Source: Trichoplax adhaerens (taxonomy: Eukaryota > Animalia > Placozoa). From it: 64,000 nucleotides of DNA. Of this stretch, positions 12,141-26,978 are shown in pieces; positions within the stretch are counted from its first letter, which is position 1, and each line of letters starts with the position of its first letter. The position numbers were made by a program, and so were the translations under genes. The notes beneath the pieces were generated by a model. That model saw only the letters and a program-made list of their open reading frames with translations. It did not search any database and had not been told where the DNA came from. The stretch covers positions 8,216,043 to 8,280,042 of the forward strand of contig NW_002060947.1 in assembly GCF_000150275.1 (NCBI RefSeq), written 5' to 3'.

Positions 12141-12417
12141 AGTCAGTTAAACAGAGTAATTGATCGTTAAGTAAATTTCGTGTTATAGATATTCTATTTT
12201 CATTAAATTAAACACAAAGTGTAAATATTATCAGCTATTCATTTCTTTACTTAGGCTCGTTTGTCATTATTGGATAGCTTAAATTCCTAGCTATGATTGA
12301 CTTTAATTGTCGGATGTTACTACTTATTGAATAATGATTTGATAAGACTATAGGTGGAGCTATGCAATCTTGAAATCACTGATATTTGACTTTATATATC
12401 AGATAATATCTACTTAT

Positions 12418-12530
12418 GTATCTTCTTGTTTACCAGGGCACAGTAAACATAAACATAATAAGTATGTCATGGTCTACTTGCGTATCTTTTTGTTTACCAG
12501 GGCACAGTAAATATAATAAGCATGTCATGG
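12418..12530. repeat. Short tandem duplication (64-bp period)
   Basis: gtatctt(c/t)ttgtttaccagggcacagtaaa...atgtcatgg occurs at 12418 and 12482. Confidence 0.85.
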
Positions 12531-14020
12531 AACGTAACTTTAGACTGAGTCTAGTCTGTTTATCTCGTACTCCCTCTATATACACAGATATATACCGGTA
12601 CGCCATTCATTCCTAAGAACGGAATCAGCCTTAAGACAGTCTGTAATGTAACTTAGTATTGTGATTGTAGACTGTTAGCCATGTGTAGTATAATGTACGG
12701 TAGATATTTATCCTAAGAGATATTTGGTAGCTGTAACTATAGACTATAGTGGTAGAGACTCTATGCTAGAGTACAGATGACTATATGCAGTAAGCTGTTG
12801 AGTTACTAATATGGCTATAGGTAAAAATAGAACTGTAAATCATATATTAGGATATGGTTAATTCATTGTACTTTGGCTGGTGTGAATGATGTCTACGTAA
12901 GTACTGTAGTCGTATCCATATTGGATTAATGATGGTCCGCAGTAGAATAGTCTTACTAAGAATAATTTAACTATGTGTAAAATAAGGTAAAAGGTTGCCA
13001 TGCGGATTGTAGCTGCGAATGCTACGGAAAGTATAAAAGCATGCAACTTTAGATTATTCTGTTAGTTCGTTCTAGAAGTTTTTAGTAGTAGTATTCGGCT
13101 AGAGTAGAGCTGTGTAGTTAATCTTTGTATAAGATTCAATAAAAGCCCTTATTTTTCTAAAATTTGGAATTTCGTGATTGGTATATATCACACAGTCACG
13201 TACAAACTTGAGAATCTCAGGATTTTGTAAATACTTTTTTTTCTTCTGTTCGTTAGTAAGTAAGCTGTAATGTATATTATTCATATGATTTGAATAGTTC
13301 AATCCAAACAGCTAGAAAGCTAGCTTTAATCGTTAAACTTATAGACAAGGTCTATTTACAATATTTTATTGATCCAGACTATTTTGCAGTTGAAATTCTA
13401 TAATCTTACTCTCTGTATATGTAGCGTTTTTAAGTTATAAATACTGTTGGTTCTTGTCTAGGATTTGGTAGTTGATAGTTGGCGTATTCATAATTGTCAT
13501 TTTATTACAACATAGTTTACATGCTGCTCTACGGTACCGAACTACCGCATTCAACGCCAGCTGGAGTTTCTAGTCAAGTATCCTATTAAGGTGTTTGCGC
13601 CATGCTCTAAAATGGCGACGAATTCAATTTCATCGCACACTAATACATTACCCGGTACAGGCTTTAGAATATGATCAGTAAAAAATTCTTATCGACTGGT
13701 CTATTCGTCATTGTGTTGTATGCGATTACAATAGAATGGAATAAATTAATAATATTTAGTACAAGTTACTGTATAGTTTCGTAGTTAACTAACTATTCAT
13801 TTGTACAGAACGGCGTGCTTGTATATTAGAATACGGTGCCGGTAAGGATTGCACTACTTCTATTTTTCATCGCCAAGACGTACAACACGGATTTAGAATT
13901 ATCTGAATTAGTGAAAGAAAGCGAACAACAAAATCATTCTACTGCAGAACTTTGTACGGTTGATTATAAGAGTAACAGTGTATCATCCTTATTTCAATCG
14001 ATTCTTTCATCACCATTGAA

Positions 14021-17000
14021 ATGTTAACACGACTGGCCAAAATTCCACCGGTACCGTTAAATTGTTCTCGGCCACTTTTGCTCAATAAAGTAGTATTTCA
14101 GTCAACAATCGAAGCCACGCATGAACCGCCAAAGGACAACGATAATGACTACCATAAGGCTAAGCCTTTCCAAGAGATACCTAAACCCAATAGTTTACCG
14201 TTAATTGGATCTTTACTAACGATACTCAAAAATAATGGATATTATCAAAGGAATACTCATTTATATTTCTCTAAACTTGCCCAAAAATATGGTCCAGTCT
14301 TTCGTGATAAAATTGGACCTTTATCGTATGTATTTGTTTATAAGCCAGAAGACGTCGCTAAGGTTTTCCAAGCGGAAGGGAAGTATCCTGCTCGTGGTCC
14401 AACGCTACCATGGTTGATCTACAGGAAACAACGAAAGAAAGCGAAAGGCCTTCTACTCGCGTTAGTTTAGAGTAATATGGGCATGAACTGTAATCCGGAT
14501 CTAGTAACGTTTAAAGTTAGATTTATTCGGGCATGAGCTTGAGTAAAATTTTTACCGTTTTTTTCAGTCAAGAGTAGCTCCAACGTGAATTTTAATTGAA
14601 CTTACTAATGCTTTCAACTAGAAGTAATTCGGAAATTTAGTTTCATTGCAACTTACTCATACTTTAAGTAAGGTAGTACAATGCAAACTTGAGCTGTATT
14701 GTACCTATAACTGCTTTACGTTGGAAGTAATCGGATAAGAGCTAATAAAACTTACTTTTGGTCTAAGTTAAAATTAAAAGTATTTCGAACCTGAATTACA
14801 ATTGAGCTTATCAATGCTATAAGTTAAAGTAATTCGGACATGAGCTCTAATAGAATTTATTCATGATTTATATTTGTAACAGTTTGGAAGTGAGTTCAAT
14901 TGAAAGTATTCAAAATTTAAGCTAGTAATCATTCGGGGATAAGCTGTAATAAAACTTACTAATACTTTAAATTAGAAGTAATCAGGATACGCACTGTAAT
15001 GGAACTTACATAATGTCTTAAGCTGTAATCTTTGAATGGTACCTTTGCTTTCCATATTTTTGAATTGTAATTTCACACAATCAGTATTGAAGTTAAAAGA
15101 GTAAATTGCAATATCTTTCAAGCCAATGATAATGTAATCCACTGTTTTTCTAACTATTTTACTGCAGAGAAGGTAAAGAGTGGCGAAAATTTAGAAGCGT
15201 TACAGATAAAAAGCTACTAAAGGTCAAAGACGTCAGTGCTTATAGTGACAGAATCAACAACGTTATTACTGATTTTTTCATACATCTGGATAAAAAGCGA
15301 CAAGATGATAATATTGATGGAGAAGTTAGAGATTTAAAAGATTCCCTGTATAAGTGGTCTTTTGAAAGTAAGAATTGATTCATACTACAAGAAGTATTAT
15401 TCACGTATTGTTTTAAAAGATATAAAGTAAGTTAACGTCGATTAATAAGTTCAGCGAAATTTACCCACCTTATTACATAATTCGATACTGCGAAGGCAGA
15501 AGTAATAAAATTTTGTACTTACTCATACATTAACTAGCTTAACTTCATTGTCAATTTCTTACTCTTACTATATTGCTATATGACTTGTGCTTCTGAAACT
15601 GTTATTATCGTTTGCAGCTAACAATTAATAAATATTTAGTAGCTGATCGAGATAAGTTAATGACTTACTGTAGCATAACTATTTACCATTATATCTATCT
15701 ATTTGAGGAGCATATAATTATTGATTCGTTTTAGCCACAGAATTACTGGTATCTAGTACAATTAATGAATGTAATATATATGCTATAGAAACCGATGATG
15801 ATATGATTAGAAAGTGTAGTTTATAAAAACATACTGATACACCTAACAATTACTATGATATGATTTTATGTTGTCAAAATTTAACGACGTTACCGTTGGC
15901 TATCTGTGTATAAGAGGATGCAATTGCTACAGTATAAATTCACATATAATCGAGTAATAATCTCTAATAATATAATATTACTATTTATTGATATTATAGC
16001 TATCAATACTATACTATACAATAGAAAACTTGGAACTTTTGAAGATCCTCCAAATCCTATTGCTGAGAAATTTTATCGAAGTGTGTGTTCAATGTTCGAT
16101 AAAAGTAATGATATAATATCGTTGCCGCCATATTATAAATATATTAAAACTAAACGTTGGAACGATTACTGTAAAATATGGGATACAATGTTTGAGACAG
16201 CTGAGCAGCTCGTCGACGAGGAGTATCAGAACTTGCAACAAAGCATAACTGAAGATTCGCGTAAATCCTTCGATCTTCGTCGGAGCGAAGAAATAGAATT
16301 TTTACCGTATGTCCTCCTACGGAGTGAATTAAACAAGGATGAAATTGTGGGAAATATCATGGATTTAATGATTGGTGGAGTAGACACGGTAATAATATAC
16401 CCTACAATTTTACTTGAAGTTTATTATTAACAATAATTTGACAATATTTGAGATTATTTCAATTTTTGCTCTATGTAGTAATGATAACTGCAGAATGTTG
16501 GTCATTTATCATGCTCTTTTTCGATAGCAATTTAAAATACTGTCGCATTTTTTCTAATATTAATGCATATTTATATAGTCAGCTAATACAATGCTATGGA
16601 CACTCTATATATTGGGCAAACATCCGGACATTCAAGAAAAGTTATACCAAGAGATACGCAGTGTACTGAAGAAAGGAGAATATCCTGATAGTTTATCTGT
16701 TCAAAAGATGCCGTACCTAAGGGGTCTACTAAAAGAAAGTGAACGGTATGTTAGAGTAAAATGAATACTGTTTAATTTAGATAATTTTACTAAGCCAGAA
16801 TTGTATATGTAAATTACAAATAGTATGTATCCGATCGCCATTGCAACCGTTCGAATTCTTGATAAAGACACGGTATTAGGTGGATATCAAGTTCCAGCCA
16901 AGGTATGTAGCTATATCGTACTGTGTATTCGGTAAGCAATGTCCTCTTAATAGCTATGCGATAACGAAAATGTTATTATGTAAATAATTAAGATTGATAG

Positions 17001-17599
17001 AAGATTTGTTCTTGAAAGTACTGAGCTCATTAATTAATTGTTGTGGCGAACTTTCTAAATGAAGATGTTGTATCAAATTGATCATCAATTTATAATAATT
17101 ATCAACTTTGCTATATCTACTGTACTCTGAATATCACCTATTATTTCTGTGTTATTTTATACTGTTTCCAGACTAAGATATTTGTCGGTTACCACATGAT
17201 GTCATTTGATGAATCGTTTCATGATGAGCCAACAAAGATAAAGCCTGAACGATGGATAAGATCGTCTTCTCAACATCGTTTTAATCCATTTAGTCATACA
17301 GCATTTAGTTTCGGGCCAAGAATGTGCGTTGGCAGACGCATAGCAGAATTGGAGATGCAACTGCTGCTAGCTAGGGTAATCTTCATAATTTCAAAGCAAA
17401 GTGGCATTTGTAATTGGTCTTAATAACGTAATTTTTTTACGTATTTATTTTTAATGCTTTTAATTCGATTTTACCAAATTAGTTGATTTGTGAATATCGA
17501 TTGGAGTGTCGCAATACGAGTAAAGTTGAACTGGCTATCAGGATAATAGGTTCCCCAGATTCCGATATTCGCATACGGTTTGAAAAAAGGAGCGGTTAA
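14021..17599 (+). CDS. Cytochrome P450, mitochondrial clan (CYP-A), 7 exons, ~531 aa
   Basis: Exons 14021-14460, 15168-15367, 16000-16388, 16579-16745, 16824-16902, 17172-17375, 17483-17599; all GT-AG; total 1596 nt. Motifs: basic N-terminal presequence, EGKEWRKFR, GGVDT, KESER (ExxR), PERW, FSFGPRMCVG. Confidence 0.93.
14462..15030. repeat. ~50-bp degenerate minisatellite in CYP-A intron 1 (~11 copies)
   Basis: Approximate consensus TTAAGTTAGAAGTAATTCGGACATGAGCTGTAATAGAACTTACTAATGCT; for example gcatga at 14481 and 14531. Confidence 0.8.
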
Positions 17600-18867
17600 T
17601 TATTGTATGTACGAGTATATAAAATAATGATAATGGTAGATATTAATACGTACATGGTCTTCGGTTACTGTTCCATCTCTATACGCGAAGTTAGATGTCT
17701 AAGCTAGCAGCATTTTTGGTCGAGAATACATGATTCATGATTTGTATGTATATGTACACGTAAGATCGAATTAATGAAATGTTGCTTGTACGGAGTAGTT
17801 AGTGATGGTTGTGCCCATGAGATGATTTATGAAACTACCTAGTCAATTAACACGTGAATAATCTTACGCTGGATGATTTATTTCATGATATTTAAAATTG
17901 AGAATATTTATATAGTGTAATGTAGAATCGTAAGAGGTTGCTCAAATTTTACATTTTGTATGAGCTTGCCATACTAGTACGGTATTTGAAGTATTTCCAG
18001 GATGTTACTAATTTAAATGTGTTGTAAAAGTACGGTAGCTAATAGATTAAAATGTGAGATAGAGCATGAAATTAAAATATTCCAATAAAGAGATTATAAA
18101 ATCGTGACTTTTGTTTTGAAATAGGAACTCATATCAAGCTTAGGCATATAGTAGCAGTGTTTGATACTTACTACTCGATATTGGATTAATTTAGATAACC
18201 AGATTATTCTATCAAGTTTTCCATACTTGATTTTCATTACTGTAGATCTTACTGATGTTATCTATTCATTTGCAATATATCACCGTTGGAACTTTTACTA
18301 AGTTATCAGTAGAATATTTATGATAGACAAGTTTCTTGCCCGTTTATAATGGGTATTAAAATTTGTAATAGCTCAGTAAGTTTTGCAATCACATACTAGT
18401 ACAATGTAAAATAATCCTATGTAACCTTAACACTTTTGGCAAAAATCTCTAAAAATCTGAATTGAACTCTATTCATATATATGTTCTAGTCAGGGTGAAA
18501 ATTAATTTATCCAGACTCAAGTTTAGAAATTAAATCTAAATCTAATGGCGCAAAAAAAATTTTATAATACAAACCTCTTTAACAATATTTAACTCAGCGA
18601 AAGGTTTGATATTAATCGGATTGCTGAATAGATATGAAAGACTGAGACGACAGTCGTTTATTCGTAATAAAACTATGAATAAGTTGTCAATATACCTTAA
18701 TTCAATGAAAAATTTGACTTTATGGTATTATCAATTTTCATGGTACAAGTTACTTTTCTACATTAAACAAGTTAGAATCTAGAGGTGAATAAGTAAAAAG
18801 CCTAAAAATAACTTGTGTTACCAAGACTTTAATTGAGTGCAAGGCTGTATTTTTATCCGATTGCTAC

Positions 18868-19151
18868 TGTAGTTTTTTTGATACATCTGTAATCAAGCAA
18901 GGCAGCTGCAGGTTGCAATTCTATTCAAGGTCAATGTTTGCTCATAGCTGGATTTATCAAGAGCTTGGATTTCATCATCTATGCAAACTGCAATCATTTA
19001 TTAGTCACAGTGTAATTTTTTGATACATCTATAATCAAGCAAGGCAGCTGCAGGTTGCAGTTCTATTCAAGGTCAATGTTTACTTATAGCTGGTTTTATC
19101 AAGAGCTTGGATTTCATCACCTATACAAACTACAATCATTTATTAGTCACA
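18868..19151. repeat. Recent ~142-bp tandem duplication upstream of CYP-B
   Basis: Near-identical units at 18868-19010 and 19011-19151 (aatcaagcaaggcagctgcaggttgca...ttagtcaca). Confidence 0.95.
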
Positions 19152-19735
19152 TGATGATTCGATAATTTTCAGTCATGTGTTGTTTACATACTTGGTCCAT
19201 AACAGTTTACGTCACGGGCAATGCAGGAGAATGGGTTTACAAAATACCGGGCAGCTGCATGTTGTCATAAAATTAGAATGGAAATAAGAAATCAATAGCA
19301 AGTTATTAGAGGAGTTCCTATAGTATGGTAGTGTTCATTGAAGGTTTAGCGGACAACTGGGTGTTTGTTTACCACACAACGCTCATAGCATAGACAGTAA
19401 AGATTACAGTACACGGTAAACCAAGATCAGTAAGATAGTCAGCCTCACATTCAGCTATGAAAAAGTAGTCTTAAGTCACTCTATTTTAGTAATCACCGAC
19501 TATTTGACACCCTTGCCTAGAGACTATAATATATAGTATCAACATTGATTAAATTGTTATACTCATTTACAGGCAATGTCCATCGGTGAATAAGACGCAG
19601 AGATTGTAAGCTATTTGAATCAGTAAAAGAGATTAAGACCCAGAGAAATCAACGCTTATCAAGGAAGGTTGTACAATTGAGTATAAGAATAGTCGTTAAT
19701 TATTATTTTATAGGATTCAGTCTATCGTGATTGAA

Positions 19736-22700
19736 ATGTTCAAACCACTATCCAAAATTTCGCCGGTATCATTGGCTGCTATTCGGCCTATATTGCTCAA
19801 TAAAGTTGTATTTCAATCAACAGCCGAAATCAAAATTGAAAAAGGAAAGGGCAACGATGATGACTATCATCGTGCTAAACCATTTCAAGAGATGCCTAAA
19901 ACCGATGGTTTACCGTTAATTGGGTCTTTACCAACAATCCTTAAAAATAATAGATATTATCAAAAGAATTTACACTTATATTTCGCTATGAATGCTCAAA
20001 AATATGGTCCAGTCTATCGAGATAAGATCGGAAATCTTTCATATGTGTTTGTGTATAAGCCAGAAGATGTCGCTAAGGTTTTTCAAGCGGAAGGGAAATA
20101 TCCTGCTCGTGGTCCAGCATTACCATGGAAGATTTATAGGGAACAACGAAAGAAAGCCAAGGGCCTCCTACTCGGGTAAGTTAATCGTAGTAACCTAGAT
20201 GTGAGCTGGAAATCCAACTCACTAACGTTTTAAGTTAGAAGTAATCCAGACATGAGGTATAATAGAACTTAACATTATTTTTGTTAAGTAAGAAGTGATT
20301 CAGGCGTGAAATGTAATTGAATCTTGTTACTACTTTAATTAAGAAATTCAGATATGAGTTGCAATATAGCTCACTAATTCTTAAAGTAACAAGTAATTCG
20401 GACTTGATAGTTGCAATAGAAATCGCGAATGCTTTAAGTTACAAGTAATTCGGACCTTAATAACAGACCTTAGTAATACTTTAAGATTAAATTAAATGTA
20501 GTTCAGACTTGAGTAGTAACTCAACTTACGAATGCCTTAATTTAAATGTAATTCGAGAATTGAGCTGTAGTAATCCAGATCCTATTAATGCTTAAAGTCA
20601 GCAGTAACCCGGGCATAGTCTGTAGTAGAATTGACAAGTACTTTAGGTTAGAAGAAATCCGGATATGAGCTGCAATTAAACTTACAAATGCCTTAGGTTT
20701 TAAATTTATGAACAGTGTCTTTTGAGCTCTTTATTTCTTAACAGTATTATCATTCCAGCAGTGTTGAAGCTAGAATAATAACCTAATTATGTCAATTTAG
20801 TGATAACATAATCTACTGTTCTGCTAACTACTCTACTGTAGAGAAGGTAAAGAGTGGCGAAAATTTAGAAGCGTTATGGATAAAAAGCTACTAAAGGTCA
20901 AAGACGCTGCCGCATACAGCGATAGAATGAACGACGCTATTACCGATTTTCTAATGCACTTGGATAAAAAGCGACAAGAAGATAATATGGACGGAGAAAT
21001 TAAAGATTTGAAGGATTCTTTATACAAATGGTCTTTTGAAAGTAAGAATCGATTCGTATTATAATAAACTTGCAGCTTTTATAAGGCAGAGCGTAATTTT
21101 AATTCGATTAAAATCAGTATAATCTACCTACAGTATTGCATAAATCTGTATTACAATGCTTAAGTATTGCCACTATGCACTTATGTCTATTCTAACTATA
21201 CTAACTTTACTCTCAGACTTCTTACTGTTAGTATATTACTGCAAGAATTGTAATTCTAAAACTGTTAAGATTGATTTGATATATAAATATTTCGCAGTCG
21301 TTAGAGATAAACCAATGCTTTATTTTAGTATTACTGTAGTGTTACAACTCTATCTAATTGTAAAGCCTGTTATTTCTGGTCTGTTTTCGCTATATAATTA
21401 CTATTAACTAATACAATTAATAGATACAATATACGTTTTATAAAGCACGAGACGACACGAGTAGAAAGCGATGTATAGCAAAATATTGACACATTGTACA
21501 AAAATTATAACGTGCTTTTGTTATTGCATATCACCTGCGATACAATTAGCTATCAGTGTACAAGTAGATCCTACTACTACTGTATAAATTCGCATAATAT
21601 CAGGTAAAGACTATTAACATAATTTTCCTATTTATTAATATTATAGCTATCAATACTGTACTATACAATAAAAAACTTGGAACCTTTGAAGATCCTCCAA
21701 ATCCTATTGCTGTGAAATTTTATCGTAGCGTGTGTTTAATGTTCGATAAAAGTAATGAAATAACATTGTTGCCTCCTTACTACAAATATATTAAAACTAA
21801 ACGTTGGAACGATTACTGTAAAATATGGGATACAATGTTTGAGATAGCTGAGCAGCTCGTCGACGAGGAGTATCAGAAACTGCAACAGAGCATAAGTGAA
21901 GATTCACGTAAATCGATTGATCTTCATCACAGCGAAGAAATAGAATTTTTACCGTATGTTCTCCTACGAAGTGAATTAAACAAAGATGAAATTGTGGGAA
22001 ATATCATGGATTTAATGATTGGTGGAGTAGATACGGTAAAATATACCTTGTATTCTAGCTTGAAGAGCATTGTTGATAATAATTTTAAAATTAATTTGAA
22101 ATTATTTCAATCCTCATTTACTACATGCAGTCGGTATAATTTAATTAAAAATTTTAAGTACAATCGCGTTTTTACCAATTTTGATGCATAATCCTATAGT
22201 CAGCTAACACAATGCTGTGGACATTGTATGTATTGGGAAAACATCCAGATATTCAAGAAAAGTTATATCAAGAGGTATGCAGTGTAATGAAGAAAGGCGA
22301 ACATCCAAATAGTCTATCTGTTCAGAAGATGCCGTACCTCAGAGGCTTAATCAAGGAGTGTCAACGGTATGAGAGAGTAGAATAGACATTGTTTAATTTA
22401 GATAATCTGCTAAACCGGAATTGTATGTTTAAACAACAACTAGTATGTATCCGGTCGCCATTGTGACTGCTCGAATTCTTGATAAAGACACAGTATTAGG
22501 TGGATATCAAATTCCAGCTAAGGTACAGAATATTGATATACCAATATATCATATTATATGTTTAGTAATTCAAATTCCATTCATCGTTATCTGATAACTG
22601 ATAATTAATCATTAATTATTAAGCAAGTGATAGAGATTGACGATCGAGTCATGTTTTATAGTATTGGGCTCATTAACTGCTAGTGTAATCTTACTAAGTT

Positions 22701-23263
22701 AACATATTTTGTTGAATTGATTATCGATTTAGAGTTCCGTAGTTGTTAACCTCTTTATATTAAGTGTAACTTACCCATTACCTCAGTTAATATTTTTTAA
22801 ATTGTTTCTAGACTAAAGTACTCGTCGGTTACCATATGATGTCATTCGATGAATCGTTTCATGATGAGCCAACAAAGATAAAGCCTGAGCGATGGATAAG
22901 ATCATCCGCTCAACATCGTTTTAATCCTTTTGGTCATACAGCATTTAGCTTTGGACCAAGAATGTGCGTTGGCAGACGTATTGCTGAATTGGAAATGCAG
23001 CTATTAATATCCAGGGTAATCTTCATAAATTTCATAACTGATGCATTTTGCTACCGATCTTTTGACGTACGTAGTTTGTTTTTGAATGTATATAATTAAT
23101 TTTGTATGTTTTCTGTGTTCTATTGGGATCGTATATATATGCTTAGTTGATTTATGAATTTCGCTTGGATTGTCGCAATACAAGTGAAGTAAAACTGGTC
23201 AACAGGATGGTAACTTCTCCCGATTCCGACATCCGGATAGGTTTGGAAAAAAGAAGTGGCTAA
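19736..23263 (+). CDS. Cytochrome P450, mitochondrial clan (CYP-B), 7 exons, ~531 aa
   Basis: Exons 19736-20175, 20842-21041, 21647-22035, 22200-22366, 22444-22522, 22812-23015, 23147-23263. Exon sizes match CYP-A (440/200/389/167/79/204/117). Motifs GGVDT, KECQR, PERW, FSFGPRMCVG. Confidence 0.93.
20178..20700. repeat. ~50-bp degenerate minisatellite in CYP-B intron 1 (~10 copies)
   Basis: Same unit as in CYP-A intron 1 (taagttagaagtaatccagacatgag...). Confidence 0.8.
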
Positions 23264-23640
23264 TTGTTGCATGTGCAAATAAATGAAACACTAATGGAGA
23301 TAACGAGCAGATATGAATTAGGATATGCTCTTCACTTATAATTCTACGACTATATGTTAGAAGACTAAGCGAGCAGTATTTTCAGTCAGGAAGCTGCTGT
23401 TTGTACGAGTATGTAAAATCAAATTAACAATTAATAATTTCACTCGTTCACAATCATTAATTAAGGTTATGCTTGTGATGCGGCGATGTACTTTTTATCT
23501 ATTTGCAAACATATAGTTAAAATGTATTGTATTCACTGCATTCAGCCAAGAAATCGATTCTGCCTCTGTAAAACGACTTAATTAGTTGATAAATAATAAA
23601 TTGTTATGCTAATTTATTTCCTAAAGCTATTTAACTTATA

Positions 23641-26600
23641 AGATTTCCTTTTTGTGGTCCTTCCCGACCGTGGTCTATTTATAGAGAACAGAGGAAGAAA
23701 GCTAAAGGAATTTTAATTGGGTTAGTTTGTAGTCATCTCGAGAAGAGCTTTGAACTTCAATACCGTACACACGTTATTATTACTTTGTATTTTCCGATTT
23801 CTTCAATGACAGACAAGATAGTGTTTTGCATCACTTTCTAAAGTAACTGAAACACTAACCACTGAATATCCAAGTTTTGCACTACTCTCAAAGAGTATAG
23901 AAGACCGCAATTGTACATTTCAGCAAAGTTGATGTAAAAATAGTTAATAACTCCCTACTCTTAGTAACTGTTTCAATAATGATCATCTCGAACTAAGAAG
24001 TATAGTGGCAAGGGTGTAAACGGGGTATACTGTATACTTCAATACAACATAGAATTAGTGTAAACACGATTGTCTTATTAATCTTTGTAGCGAACCGTGG
24101 ATTTATCTAGATCGGAAAATAGATCAGTAATAATAATAAATAGATCAGTAATATTTATCTACCGATAAATATTACTGTATATTGTAATCATGCACAATCT
24201 AGCAAATTGAGAGTAATTAATAATTAATTGATCGATAGTACAGTTTGCCATCGAAAGCTTTATCGGAAGGAAACTGTAGTCTGGCTGGCATTATGTTCAC
24301 AATCATAGATTATGATTAGCACCTAATAATTCGATAGATTAAACTTATCCTGTAAACGTTCTCTTTATAGAGAAGGTGAAGAATGGCGGAGATTCAGAAG
24401 CGTATTAGATAAAAAGCTTTTAAAAGTTTAAGATGTCAGTAGATACAGCGCTAGAATGAACGATGATATTACCGATTTTATTCCGTATTTAAATAAAAAG
24501 CAATGAGAAGACAACGTAGACGGAGAGATCAAAGATCTGCAAGATTGCATTTACAAATGGTCTTTTAAAAGTGAGCATTTGTTCATTATATTTAATAGTG
24601 AATAATCGTACGATGTCACTGTATTGGTGGTTACTACTATCTGGTTTAGCATACATAAGGATTAGGTGCAACGTAGGCTAGAAGTAAATTTGTTTAGTTT
24701 TAGCGTACAAACTAGATATCCTATAGTAAAGTACCGGAGTAACAAACTAAATCCAATATCGACAGTTCTTTTGCTTACTTACAAGTAGAAATCACCTGAT
24801 AACATTTAAAATTATATATATATATGTTATGTTATATATCAAACGAGTTGATATTGAACATTTCTATCGCCTTATAGTATTGTACTAGCATAAAAACCTA
24901 TGGCATTTCACGATATTACAGTACTGCAAAAGTCTTGTCACTAAAGTAGCATCGTAGTCAATGACCTAAATTAGACATTTCAGATTACTGGTTGCTATGG
25001 TCAGAAGTGTTTAAATTGCTGTAAATGGCGGATAAGAGTAAATACCGATAGCATGTACTTGATGTAAAGTCAAATCATGGCGGTATAGTCATTACGAACT
25101 ATCATACAATGCCACCAGGTATTTAGAATAATAATGACAGAGCAATATTGATGATGTTCAATGCTACTATACATGAAATTGTGAAGTTTTAAATAGGCTC
25201 TAACAGAATTGAGTAACTAGTAGTAATTTAATTCTGATTACTTGTTACCACCAAAGCTGCTGGCGCTCTACTTTATAACAGAAAACTTGGAACATTTCAA
25301 GATCCTCCTAATCCTGTTGCTGAAAAATTTATCGTAGTGTATGTTTAATGTTCGATCAAAGTAATGCTCCATCACCATTACCTCCTTATGTCAAATATTT
25401 TAAAACTAGTTATAGGAAAAATTATTGCCAACTCTGTAATACTATGTTTGAGGTTACTGAGCAGCTTATCACCGAAGAACATCATAGATTGCCGCAATTT
25501 ATGAAGAAAAATGTTGATAAATCAGTTGATCATAATCCAAGTGAAGAACTAGAATTTTTACCCTATATCTTATTACGAGGAGAATGAAATTTTGATGAAA
25601 TTTTGGGAAATATTATAGACTTAATGATTGGAGGAGTAGACACGGTAACATTATATTAACATAGAGTAGCATAGATGGATTGCAATAAGATTTAAAGATT
25701 TTATTGTAGACGTCAACATTATATAATTTAATATTTTTGATAACTGCAAGTTTAATTGATACATTAATACATTTATGTGGCTAAATATTGCGGTATGTCA
25801 ATCATATTGGATCGCAATCTTGACTTTTACTTGTATCTTCATTAATTGCGAAATCGTTTCCATACAGTCGGCCAACATAAAGCTATGGACTTTGTACATA
25901 TTAGGAAAAAATCTTGATATACAAGAAAAGTTACATCAAGAAGTAAGTCATATATTAAAGAAAGGAGAATATCCAGATAGTACAGCTATTCAACAGATGC
26001 CTTATTTAAGAGTTCTGATAATAGAAAGTCAACGGTATGTGAATATTATAGATTGATTTTAGTAAAGGTTAATGCAAATACTTCTAACATTATGATCTGG
26101 AATGATGCTTTTATATGGAAATAAAAGTACGTACAGTATTCATTCATCCCAATAGTACCGCGCTTGGTTGAGAAGGACATAGTACTGGGTGGATATCAAA
26201 TTCCTGCCAAAGTATGTTCAATAGCTCATGCAAAATATGAGCTGATGTAAGATAGAAATTATATGCAATAAGTCATACTATGGCTGATTATGAAATTTCT
26301 AGTGAATTTCTTAATAAATCTCTTTTTCGAATTTCAATGATAGACCTTTAACTGTGGCAGTGTAATTCTTAGCAAAAGTTTTAAATTAATTAATCGTTGA
26401 CATAATTAATACTCGTACTTTGCGTAAGCTATTTATATTTAAACTTTTAAAATCAAAATATTAGTTCGATAATGTTGCACACTCGTAGACTAGGGTACTA
26501 GCTGGATTTAGTGCGATGTCTTATGATGAATCAATTCATGACGAGCCTACAAAGATTAAGCCAGAACGGTGGATGAGGTCGTCCTCTAAACGTCGCTTGG

Positions 26601-26671
26601 ATCCTTACACTTTTACAACTTTTAGTTTTGGGCCAAGGATGTGCATTAGTAGTGTCAAGGCAATCAAATAA
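23641..26671 (+). pseudogene. Mitochondrial-clan P450 pseudogene (CYP-C)
   Basis: Only the 3' end of exon 1 survives (RFPFCGPSRPWSIYREQRKKAKGILIG). Exon 2 has TAA at 24429 and a further TGA. Exon 3 has a frameshift and TGA at 25585. Exon 5 is out of frame, exon 6 is truncated after FSFGPRMCIS, and exon 7 is missing. Confidence 0.92.
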
Positions 26672-26978
26672 ATATAAAATGCCTATACAAGTACTATTCT
26701 AAATCTCTCTGTTTTTCTATTCAATTCGACAATTTATAATTTTACTTAATGTCAAATTCTTCCAAAAGGAAATTCCTAATTTTAGGGGTGAGGTCATACC
26801 CATTTAATGGTATATACTACACCGATGGCTTTCATAGATTAGAAACTTTTACTAGTAAACGACTGTGTAAGATCGAATGGCTCTTGAAGTAGATAGCTAC
26901 CATTAGTCGTTGTTTTGAATCGATTTAATGTATTTTCTACTTCTATAAATAATAGTGCCGTATTTGGTTAAGAACAAG

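Noticed and set aside
12416-13302. Short ORFs of 60-70 aa (here, and those antisense or out of frame to the P450, lipase, ECT2L and TM genes)
   Set aside because: No recognisable motifs, often non-ATG starts; expected by chance or as shadows of real exons.
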